The notes under the pieces: generated by a model
The model's input: the letters and a program-made list of their open reading frames with translations, nothing else
The model's database searches: none
Told to the model about the DNA's origin: nothing
Position numbers and translations under genes: made by a program
NCBI GenBank assembly: GCA_023231475.1
Contig: JALJEE010001167.1
Location: 1-33,589 of the forward strand
Direction of reading: 5' to 3'
Length of the DNA: 33,589 bases
Source of the DNA: Seison nebaliae
Lineage: Eukaryota
In this document: in pieces, positions 10,937-22,355 of the stretch
Layout: each line of letters opens with the position of its first letter
Position numbering within the stretch: position 1 is the first letter of the stretch

Positions 10937-11065
10937 ACAAACGATATGAATCCGACCTCTCATTTGGGAAGTTTACCAACTGCTCTACCTTCCATGAATA
11001 ATTCAAATAAATTCTCTTCTTAAAATTAGAAAACTTGATATTTTATTATTCCATTTCTCAACAAA

Positions 11066-11746
11066 ATGTTTTTCAATAAAATCATCTTTCTTCTTTCGTG
11101 CATGACTTTCGTCCTAGTTCAATCTTATATGAACAAACTCGGCTTTAGAGATTGTGGAAAACCAGGAAAGACCATAACTTTCGAATCGGCCACTATGTCA
11201 CCGATGCCCGTTATCCATCCAGGACATATCACTGGCAGTTACAAGTTCTCTACGAACAAACCATTAATTGGTTCTTTCCGTCCTCAATTTAACAAATAGT
11301 TTTCTCTACTAAATTTTTTTAGGAAAAACTCTTTTGGACGTTTCTATAATTCGGCAGGTTAGCGGTTTATCACTACCCGTTCAATGTTATATTCATGATG
11401 GTGAGAAGTATGGATCATGGTTAGAAGATCATTATTATAAAAGGAAATTCATTATTCCATTAGTATTTATAATGATTTCTGTACTTTCATTAATCGAGTA
11501 TTCAATTTGACACCAGAGAATTGCCCCAAACCAATGAAAGATCATGGTGTGGATTGTCGATGTCCGTATAATATACCGACAGCTGGAACAATCGATTCTG
11601 GTACTTGGGTACGAGATATAAAAGCCGTCAACAACAATTTCAAATGGTTCGCACAAGGCGACTACAATGTAACGGCGAGAGCACTGAACGCACAACATCG
11701 AGAAATCGGATGTCTGAACTTGATGTTCAGTATGAAGAAACGATAA
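11066..11746 (+). CDS. Secreted ML-domain lipid-binding protein, ganglioside GM2 activator-like, 194 aa, 3 exons
   Basis: Exons 11066-11270, 11323-11419, 11464-11746. Signal peptide; F.DCG, P.PV..PG, LPVQC...GSC.Y.D.C, CP...GV.CRCP, GDY and IGC pattern; AATAAA at ~11755. Confidence 0.8.
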
Positions 11747-12179
11747 ACGGACGAATAAATATCATTTTAAAATAAACATAAATAATGTTGAATCATTTTA
11801 ATTTCCATCATAACTCTCCCACTTTTCCAGTACTCGACATGATGACGAGAGCAATATTAAAATTTATTAAATTTTATTTATTTAAAGAAATCGATTGATA
11901 TTCGTTTAACAATTTGTGTAAAAAGAAAAAAATAAGAAAAACAATTTGTCCTTTCACCATTTTATCATCGTGACGGTGCGGAACGGGAGATGAATAATCG
12001 AATATATTTTCAAAAAGAAATAACGATACATAAAAAAAATGTCGACAACAAACTGTCAATAGATGTGAATCTCAGCATAATATGAGATTCCCACTTTCAC
12101 GCACTTCTCTCCTCTTTTTCTGCTCTCGCTTCTTCTTATGTTGGACGTGTTTATAGTTCGAGCTAGGAGAAAAGAAGTT

Positions 12180-12716
12180 TGTGCAGTGTGTGTGTGTAGT
12201 GTGTGTAGTGTGTGTTGTATGTGTTGTCTGAGTGGTGTGTGTTATGTGTGTTGTATATGTGGTGTGTTGTGTGTGTGGTATATGTGGTGTGTTGTGTCTG
12301 TGTGTTATGTGTGTGTGTTGTGTCTGTGTGTTGTGTGTGTGTTGTGTGTGTTGTGTGTGTATGTGTTTTCCGTGTCCGTATATTATGTATATTATGTATA
12401 ATATGTATAGTATATATGTGTGTACTGTGTGTGCTATGTGTACGGTGTTAAACAGTGTGATTGTATTTGATGATGTGTGATTGTATTTGATGATGTGTGA
12501 TTGTATTTGATGATGTGTGATTGTATTTGATGATGTGTGATTGTATTTGATGATGTGTGATTGTATTTGATTATGTGTGACAGTGTTTGATTATGTGTGA
12601 CAGTGTTTGATTATGTGTGATTGTGTTTGATTATGTGTGTTTGGTTGTGTGTATAGTATGTGTGTATAGTATGTGTGTATAGTGTGTGTGTGTGTAGTGT
12701 GTGTGTGTGTGTGTGT
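12180..12716. repeat. TG/CA-rich simple-repeat block in the probable 3' UTR of the CELF gene
   Basis: Degenerate (TG)n/(TGT)n runs. The Cys/Val-rich ORFs called here are artefacts. Confidence 0.9.
12455..12634. repeat. 20-bp tandem repeat GTGTGATTGTATTTGATGAT x9
   Basis: Five perfect copies followed by four variants; no spacers. Confidence 0.95.
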
Positions 12717-12881
12717 GGAAATATCAATCGATATTGATAATTCTGATAAATAGAACTGAAAGAGAGTTATAGGATGGAGAAAATAAAGAAAAATATAAAT
12801 ATTAAAAAAAGAAAAAAAAGAAGGAAGTTCTTCCGGTTTGATGATTTGATATTTTTTGTTGTTATGCATCAACCGAGTTGA

Positions 12882-15800
12882 TCAGTCGGTTGTATCATTC
12901 GATTTCAACTCGGAGGTGTTTGAAGAAATATCGTCATGAGCTTGACTACTCTCATTTGATAAGGTTTGGGAGGATTGTTGGTTGGTAGAGGAGGAGGAGG
13001 CGGTCGAACCGCGCGTCTTCTTCAATTGCACCTTCAACCGTTTCATTCCGATTTGGAAACCGTTCATATGATTTATGGCATCCTGTGCCGATTTGGGACT
13101 ATCGAAACTGACGAATCCTAAGAAAAAGGAAATGGATTGAAGTTGAAAGTGAAGAAAATAGTAACCGAAACACTTGGAAAGGGAAGTAGCTCGATCGATG
13201 AAGACTTTGGCGGAAATAACGTTGCCAAACGGAGAGAAGATAGTGACCAGATCGAAATCAGTGAACTCGTGAGGTAAATGATAAATAAATAAATTAGCAC
13301 CAGGTGGACCTTCCAATTGTTTAGTTGGTGTGTATGGTTGTTGTGCTTGTTGCGAACCGACAGCGGCCGCTACTGCTGATGGCGTCTGACTGAGCATTAA
13401 CGGATTGATGAGATTATTGGAGAGGGAATTGGTTGCTGAAGAGACAGCGGCTGCGGCGGCAACAGCTGCCGGTGAAGGAATTCCAGTAGCAGATGGATAA
13501 AGTAGATTAGATTGAGGTTGTGGATGCGCCAATTGCATTAATTGCTGCAATGCCAATTGCTGATTTTGAGCTTGTTGTAATTCCATATAGAGATTCATAT
13601 CATTGGCGGTTGTAGCTGTTGAAGACAATAGATTGGAATTATTGACTGACAATAAACCTTCAAGTTGATCTTTAAAAAAAATTGGAACTGGAATAAGAAG
13701 AAATGGATGGAACTTGCAGGAACAGGATTACGTAGACATTGAAAACGATCGGGTCGTGAAGCTGTTGTCTTTCCCATATATGATTTCGGCCTTCCAAAAC
13801 AAACATATTAATTCGTATTAAACAAATGAATTATTAAATGAAACATGTATAAGAGATTATCGTAAAAGTTTTGTGTTGGGATTGTTGCATTATTGATGAG
13901 TGTGTTGTTGTTGGCGTTGGAATTGATTAGAGAATGACCATCAAGTTTTGTGGGGATAATCGGTTTAGATGTCAATTTACTACCGTTATGAGATTTGACA
14001 CTATGTTCGTCGTCGTCGTCGATCTCACCTGAGGAATTGGTGAGTGAATTCGAATTAGAAATGTTCGTCGTTGTCGTTGATGAAGATGATGATGTGGTGG
14101 ATGATGATGATTGATTTGATAACGATACAGATAAACGTGTTGTCGATGATTTGTGATGTAATTGAGATTCGAATGATTCATTATTACTGTTGTTGTCTTC
14201 AATGTTGTTAATTATGAGATTGTTTGTATTGTTGTTCTCCGAGCGATTGGTGGTGAGTGAATTCGATTCACGTAAACGATTTAGTCGTTGTTGTAAAAGT
14301 TGTTGTTGTTGGAGCATATTAACTAAATTCTGTTGATCGTTAGTTCCTGAGAGAATGTCAATTTTTATGAATGATTGAAAATAAAAGAAAAAGGGAAACT
14401 TTGCGCCTCATGAAATACGTCGACCGGTGTCTGAGGAACTACAAATAACGAATTAGAAGAAATAATATAATTTGTTGATGTTGTTGTCGTTATTTTTGTA
14501 GTTGTTGTTGTGAGAGAAAGTGTTGACCATAATGCAGATGTTGTAGTTATTGTTGTTGTTGTTGGGAGGATGGAAGAAGATGAAGTGAAAGAAATGGAAG
14601 GAGATTCCAATCTGTTAGTTGGAGGAAATGGAGAGAATGTCGATGGACAACAAAATGGAAAAGAATAAGGAGATGACGGATCATTATTCTGATGATGATG
14701 ATGTTGTTGTTGTTGCTGATGTTGGGAATATGATGAAGCATATGGTGTTGATGATGGAAAATTATCATATGCAAAAAAAGGTATAAAATGTTGTTGTTGT
14801 TGTTGTTGATGATGGTTATGAGGATTCTGGGAATGGAATTGGATGGCATTCTCATTATGAGATGGGAGCGGACAATGAGAATTCTGATGGAAATTCATTG
14901 GAGAAATTATTTGATATGGACTCGAATAATAATGCTGTTGTTGTTGTTGTTGTTGCTGAAGTTGTTGATCTGATTTATAATAGATGTTAGGTTTACTTCT
15001 TAACAACGGACGATTGGAAGAAGAATTCGCCGAATTGAATTTGTTCGTTTTAGGACGTCTCTTCACGTTCGTTGAAAGAGTCGACGACAATTTGGGACGA
15101 GATTGCTGAATCGATTGAGATGAATCGAAAAATATCATCTTATTCAAATAATTATTTATCGAATCGATTTCATTCGTCAACATTGTGGACATATCATCGA
15201 CACTCTTCCGTCTCTGACATTTCTTTCCTTTATTCTTTCGATTGGAACGGACATTTCTCACTCGTTTACCATCACCACTGCTCACGACATCATTCTTATC
15301 CATCAACACTGACAGAGTAAAGGAAGTAAAGAAGATAATTAATTATCTATTTGGAAATATATTAGTCAGAGCTATTTCCAAACTGAAAAGGAAACTGAAA
15401 TCGAAAATCGAAATTGAAGTTAGAAAGGACGTGGAAAACGAACTGGAAAAGTTTTAATAACTGATCGAAAGATTAATTCTGATGATCATATATGATCAAA
15501 GGAAATGGACAATATATCAAAATAAAATGGAATTAGGATCATTCATTAATCGGAAAAATTATATTTCGATATAAGAACAAAATGAAAATAAATGCTAACC
15601 ACTTAATTGTTGTTGTTGTTGGAGATATTGTTGCATGACGAGTAGAAGAAGTTGATTGTTTGTTACATTTGCACCACCACTTAACAAATTCGTTTGTTGT
15701 TGAAGGAATTGTTGCGTATAATTTCCCGTACTTGCATTATTATTATTGTTATTATTATTGTTATTGTTGTTGTTGTTACTTCTGCCACCACTACTACCAC

Positions 15801-15978
15801 CACTACTACTGCTGCTACTACTACTACTCGGATTAGATGTTGGTGTATCATCAATAATATTATCATCATTATTATTATTATTATTGTTATTATTATTATT
15901 ATTATTATTATTGCTATTATTATTATTATTATTGTTGTTGTTGTTATTATTTCCAAGACAATCCTTTACAGACGAATC

Positions 15979-16016
<38 letters not shown>

Positions 16017-17496
16017 CATTATTATTATTCGTATTACCACCAACATACATATATGACGATTCATTATTACCCAATAATTTTTGATGATGTTGTTGTTGCT
16101 GTTGTTGGTGTTGTTGAGCTATGATTAATTGTGCTAGAATTTCAGCTTGTAATCGACCGGAAGCCAGTGTGGGAACAATTGGAGGTGGGGGAGGTTGAGC
16201 TGTTTGACTAAGGAGTTGATTGAATATTGTTGCAGCAGTTGCCGCCGAATTATTATTATTATTATTATTATTATTATTTCCTAAAGAATTCTCGTTCAAT
16301 TTCAGATCTGTATCTGATATATTACTTGAACAATTCGACGACGTTCCATTCAATGGATTATGCACATTACAATTACTGCCTTTACCATTATTACTACTAC
16401 TATTGTTATTGTTGTTATTATTATTATTATTATTATTGTTATTGTTGTTGTTACTTGTATTATTGTAGTTGTTATTTCCATCGAGAAATGGAATATTATT
16501 TCCATTCGTCGTATTTGTATTGTTACTATTATTACATTGAATCAAAGGTGCAGCAGCTGCACAAGCTTGCATCATTGCTGCAGCTGAAAGAGGAGCAGCT
16601 GCCATAGTCGCCGCTAGTTGTTGTTGTTGATATAGATAAGATGTCAAATAACTGAGATGTTGTTTTGCTTTCAATTGTAGATCTTTGTCTTTTGGAGAAT
16701 CGGCAAATTTTACTACTAATGGTGATGAACATCCCTCCAACGTTTGTGAGTGATGCATTGACTTTATTGCATTGATCGCCGATTGTTTCTTCAAAAATGT
16801 GATGAATGCACAACCTTTTGATGGAGCCAAACCGGTTTCAGCATCAGCATCAGCATTTCCATCTCTTAAAATTGTACAGTCTTCGATCGGTCCATAAGAT
16901 TGGAACATTTGTCGAATGTCGTTCTCTTTCAATTTCTTACTAATCATTCCAATGAACAATTTCCTCTCATTTCTATTTTCGATATCTGCCGGTTTCATTT
17001 GAATCGGATGATTCATTCCTTCTAACACTTTGATATTATGTAATGCTTGTTGTGCTTCTAATGCATATTTCTTCGTACGGAAAGTAACGAAGCAACATCC
17101 TTTACTTTCCCCATTACTTTTGTCTCGTAGAACGTTCAATTGATGAACATCGCCATATGGTTCAAACAGATCCATTAATTCATCCTCTTTCATATATCGA
17201 GGAATTTGTCCCACAAACATCTTAATCGCATCACTATCACAAGCCGAACAGAAGCGATTTGCATATGATTTATTCATTGCTCCCGACGATTTTGATACTC
17301 CACCTCCCATATACAATGATTGTTGCGAATTCATCAAATGTTGTTGGCGATATTCATTCTTCGGTTCATCATCCGCCGACAACGACGACGATGACGATGT
17401 GGAAGTCGAATATTTTTTTGAACGGTCATTCGGTCTCGACTTCTCTTCTGGTGTTATGACGAAATGATACTCTCCATTCACCTTAACGTCGCTCAT
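12882..17496 (-). CDS. CELF2: CELF1/2 (CUGBP/Bruno/ETR-1) RNA-binding protein, 3 RRMs, ~1374 aa, 6 coding exons
   Basis: Exons 17496-15600, 15308-14400, 14346-13845, 13790-13714, 13669-13166, 13117-12882 join in frame (4125 nt). Motifs [60 protein letters not shown] and [16 protein letters not shown]. Inclusion of the middle exons is inferred from phase only. Confidence 0.88.
15730..16470 (-). repeat. Coding (AAT/AAC)n and (CAA)n microsatellites encoding poly-Asn/poly-Gln
   Basis: Long ttattatta/ttgttg runs on the + strand inside CELF exon 1. Confidence 0.9.
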
Positions 17497-20020
17497 CCTT
17501 TTTTTCTAATTCAATCGACCTGTTCGTGAAGCGGATGGGAAAAAGGGAAATTTGGCGATTTGTTGTATAATTAAAAGAATTTTATTCTCCCACTCTCTCT
17601 CTCTCCATCTCCAAAACAAATGAAAATTTACTTCAATTAAAATTTAAAATAAAAATTTAAAATAAAAATTTAAAATAAAATCAAATTTTAATTAATCTTA
17701 TCTTTCTTCTTCTCATTTCCATTCATTTCTCTCTCTCTCTCTCTCTTTCACACACTTCAATAATTGGATTTCAATTGAAATTGAACCAAACAACTTTCAA
17801 CTTTATTTCCCTTCCTATCTGATTTCACTCCTTCTCCTTCTTCTTCTTCTTCTTCTTCTCTCAAATTCTTCAACAAAATAAAAGGAATTTAATAAGAAAC
17901 ATATTGAACTCTCCTTCTTACTATTCACACAACATCGACACATTATTATCTGGTAGACATTTCTCTATTCGAGTTCTCCTCAAAACTTAAAAAAGACAAG
18001 AACCAAAAAAAAAAATTTTACTTTTTTTTTCTTCCTTTTCTAGTTGTCCTTCTCTCGTTCACATCATCATCATCATCATCATACATAATGGTACATAGAC
18101 AAACAACGTGAAAGAGAAGAGAGATAATAACCTGAAACTAAAATCAGCTGTGAAATGGATATCAGGAGTGAATTGGAGTTGGTTGACGATACGTCTAATA
18201 TGTACACGATGTCGGTTGGTTAACGAGTTGGATATGCCTCACACAAACCCGGATATGTAAGAGAACGTAAGGTAGTATACGTGAAACGTAAGAATAAAGT
18301 TGGCTATATGACCAAAATCCGAAACAAAATGCTACAAAAAAATAAAAAAACAAATTTCGCGAATTAGTAGCTAAAAATTAAATTTACTCTCAAAAATGAC
18401 TGAGACTTACCTCATATCTCCGTTCTTATATAGTGAGCGAGTGAAATCGAAATGCAAATCGAAATTCTCTTCCAATTTTACCCCCGAAAATTGAGTGGAA
18501 TTGGAAAATTTCTGATTTTTTCCCCACTCCACTTTTTTTCTTTTTTTCTCGTTCGTTGTTTTTCTTCTTGGAATGTGTCCGTTCGAAATCGGTCAGTGTT
18601 TCAGTGACAATCTTGTCTGTTCTTCTCCTATTCCTCCATTCTTCCACTTACAACTGATCATGCTGCTGCTCCTTACGACGTACTGTTCATGTGAGTAAGT
18701 GAGTGAGTGAGTGAATATGAATACGAGTGATCTCATTCACGATAGGTGAACGTCATTCACAAAACAAAAGAATTCACTTCTTTCTCTCTCTCTCTCTCTA
18801 TCGATCTCTCTTCTCGACGACGATGAGTTTATTCTTGCTGTCGAGCGGTTGTTGTTGTTGGTGTTCTTGTTGTGGGATGAGTTGAAGAAATGAGAAAGTT
18901 TAATAATTATCTTCTGTAATATTGAGATATTCGATTACAACAACGGTAAACACAAAACGATATGATTAATGTGTCACGAAATAATTGTCAGGTAGCCGAA
19001 AGGAGAAGAAAAATTTTCCTTTTCTGATTTTTTCGTTTTCGAAGAGTTTGATTTCCTTCTCTCACTGTCTACATCATCTCTTCTTCCCTTTATCCACCAC
19101 GTCCCTATGTATATCTGAACTCGTTCGTCCGTCTACACATGTGTGCGTCTATAGACGAGTGGATATGGAAGACGAATTAAACAAAATATTATTAACGCAA
19201 CAACAAACAGGGATGAATGTCTAATATAATTGAAAACAATATCATCACCATCTCTCTCATCAAATTTTCGTACATTCAGAGCCAATCATATCAAATTTTT
19301 ATTTTAAAACTTCAAAGAATTTTTATTTTATTGTCTTCTCGATCGATTCGATCCCCCCCAAAAAAAACAACATTCATTCATTTAATTACTTCTTCAAGTG
19401 TTGAGTCAAGTGCAAGTTTCAGTTCCGATCATTAAGTTTCATGTCATTTAAATCCTTTGTCAATTCAGCTTACATTTTGAAATTATTCTATTTTTTCTCT
19501 TCTCCATACAATTCAATTCCTCATTTCCTTATATTACTCCCATATTTAGGTGTAGTTTGATGTAGAAAAACGGTTTTCTGCAGGTTTTTTTTTTGGTTCC
19601 ATCTTGAAGATGTTAGAGTTAAAGAAGATGACATCTTCTTTATTCCAGTCTATTATATAAAACTTCCAAATGTTCTTCAATCATGACTTTACCAACTATG
19701 TCATCATATAATATAGTTAATTCATTTCATTAGAAACTTTTAAACACTTCCACTTGAAATCCACTTGATTAAAACTATAACTAATATTGGAAAATTTCCA
19801 TCGAATCAACTTTAGTACTAGAATGTCTTTTAAGAAATTTGAAAGGATGAATGTTGAATTGAAAATTGAAAATTTTTCGATTCGAATTGATTTTGTCCAG
19901 TTGGAGAAAGTGGAAATTGAATGATGACTATAAATTGAATTAGAAAAAATGAAGTAAAAAATATTGACGAAATAAATTCATTTTAATTTTTCTTTTTTCA
20001 ATTTTATCCTTCGTAACTTG

Positions 20021-21519
20021 ATGGCCGAAGAAAACGCTATTAATACCGATGACAAAGATAAGAAAACGACTGGCACTTTAGATTATTCGAAATGGAACAA
20101 TATTGAAGTATCAGATGATGAGGATGACACTCATCCATTTATTGATACGCCATCATTGTACAGATGGCGACATCGAGCTAGAATGGAACGTATGGAAAAT
20201 TTGGATAGGAAGAAAAATCAGTTATCGAAAAGTTTCGACGAATTAGCAGAGAAGAAGATGGCTGACGAAATGAACGTGGAAGAAATAGAAAAGGCTGAAA
20301 ATGAATTGAAACTCCTGAAAGATGAAATTGATAAGGAAGAAAGATTGCAGCCTTGGAATGTCGATACCTTATCAAAAGATAGTTGGGACAAAACTCTTAT
20401 GAATTATGACAGTGCTAAGACCACGGATGAAAATCGAGAATTAATAGATATACGTGACGAGGAGAATAACTTGGACGAATTCGATAGTTTCGTTAAAAAG
20501 AATTATGATTTCTTAGAAGAGTTCTCTTTACAAAACTCTTTTAAAAACGTCCAAGAAATCGTTCGTCAAAATATTATGATCGTCACATCCGATCATGCTC
20601 GAACGTTCATCAGTGCCTATGTCACCAAACTGGCAGCGAACAATACACGTGAGATAATGAATACTGCTTGTAAACAGCTCCTTCTTATCAAATACATTTT
20701 CGATATGTCCCAAACCATGAAGATCGATCGTCGTGACTGCGCTACCGCCGTTCTTAATCGATTGAAAGTGATCTTCGATTCGACTGATACTAATCTCCTC
20801 AAACAATATCAATCAGGTTAATTATCACCAATTAATCATCTCTTTTTCTATATTTATTATTCTTTTTTTCCCATTTTTCAAATAATTTTAATTTATATTT
20901 TATTTCCGTTAAATTCACTTCTATCAACTTTTTTTAATTTCTTGAAATTTCTAAAAATTAAATTATTTTCTAATTTTCATCACAATTTCAAACAAATTCT
21001 TATTCAATTTAATGAAGAGTAAGTTAATGAAAATATCTAAAAATTTAATTATTTTTAAAATCTTTCAAAAAATTATATCGATATTTTTTTTTCCCTAATC
21101 TATTTGGGAATGAATTTGTAAAAATCTTTCTGTCAATAATTTATAATGTGGAAAATTAATTATATTTCGTTGAAGATTTGGAGAATTTACAAGAATTGTA
21201 TTGGAAGCGAGGACAGACGGAAGAAGGTCGCAAATCAACATTGTTGGCAGAGCAACCAGGAAAGTTGGAGAAGATGTATGGAAATGAATTAGACAAGCGA
21301 TTGGAGGATATTCCCACTGAACTCTTACAGTTATTAGATACTGGTGATGTTGAAGTCTTTTACAAGAAGTTGTCTAGTTACGAGAATGGAGAAGGAGAAA
21401 AGTATATGGAGATTTTGCAGGATATCGGTATGATTGAAACGGAGAAATTGACCGAAGAACAAGTAAGAGAATTGATGGAGGAAGATGGTGAGAAGGAAAA
21501 GTTTATGATGAACGAATAA
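20021..21519 (+). CDS. CDC37: Hsp90 kinase co-chaperone Cdc37, ~379 aa, 2 exons
   Basis: DYSKWNNIEVSDDEDDTHPFIDTPSLYRWRHRAR and PWNVDTLSKD. Exons 20021-20816 and 21176-21519 (359-nt GTT..AG intron, phase 1). Confidence 0.9.
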
Positions 21520-22217
21520 AAAATTAATAAGAGCTAAAAATTTGAAAAGGCATTAATTTTAAATAAAAATAATTAATGTTCTTCTTCTCCACATTTATGA
21601 AGTGTTGACATATAATTAATCCAATGTAAGGAAACAGTTCGATAGTTTTTCTTCACAGTGAATTTCCACTTTTCATGTGTTCGATTTATCAATTCATTGA
21701 CTTCTTTACCTCATTTCCTATTTATCTCTCTTCTCTCAGTTGGTGTTGGGAGGGAGAAATCTGTGGGGAGAGAATGAGATCGATTGACATAGTTCATGTT
21801 CATTATGAACTTTACAGAGAACTATTTACTATTATTCAATAGACGGAAGAAATATTTTTCTCTTTCTCTTCCAAATAAAAGGAATTTCTTATTTTCTCAT
21901 ATAGTACGAGAAAGAAGTGGAAAAAATAAGAAATTTCCAATTTCTTTTTCCTTTTTTTCACCGAAGTAAAAACACACAACTTTTTTTTATACATTTCTTC
22001 TCTTCTCTCTCTGTGTTTCTCTCTCTCTCTCCGTCTTTCTCTCTCTCTCTCTCTCTCTCCCGTGTCTTTTAGGGAATCTGTTTCTTTATTTTTCTGCACT
22101 CATATTTATTTATACATTTGTCTAATGATGTGGAATTGAAGAGGGAAAATTTCTTAAGAGATTATTTCAAATAAATTCTATTTTGTTCAAATAAAATTTT
22201 AGATACGTTTCTTTCTC

Positions 22218-22324
22218 ATGGAACAACTTCATTCGACGAATAGCGAACGTTTTAATAAGAATTCACCATCTGCTTGCGAAAGGATGGATGAAGGGAACGA
22301 GAAGGACGAAACGAATATTTCACG

Positions 22325-22355
<31 letters not shown>

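Noticed and set aside
12138..12480. Cys/Val-rich ORFs (metallothionein-like)
   Set aside because: Translation artefacts of TG repeats, open in all three frames.
12455..12634. CRISPR-like array
   Set aside because: Head-to-tail repeats with no unique spacers, no cas genes, eukaryotic context.
15681..16607. Poly-Leu/Ile/Tyr ORFs
   Set aside because: Alternative-frame or antisense shadows of the CELF poly-Asn microsatellites.
17638..17680. 13-bp AT-only tandem repeat (also an 11-bp repeat at 26171-26200)
   Set aside because: Ordinary slippage repeats in AT-rich non-coding DNA.
18403..18570. U1 snRNA on + strand (ACTTACCT)
   Set aside because: No U1-70K loop (GATCAC), U1A loop (ATTGCAC) or Sm site follows; better explained as a - strand splice donor.
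19082..19172. Pre-miRNA-like hairpin
   Set aside because: Only ~20 interrupted pairs with a ~40-nt loop; not distinguishable from chance without small-RNA data.
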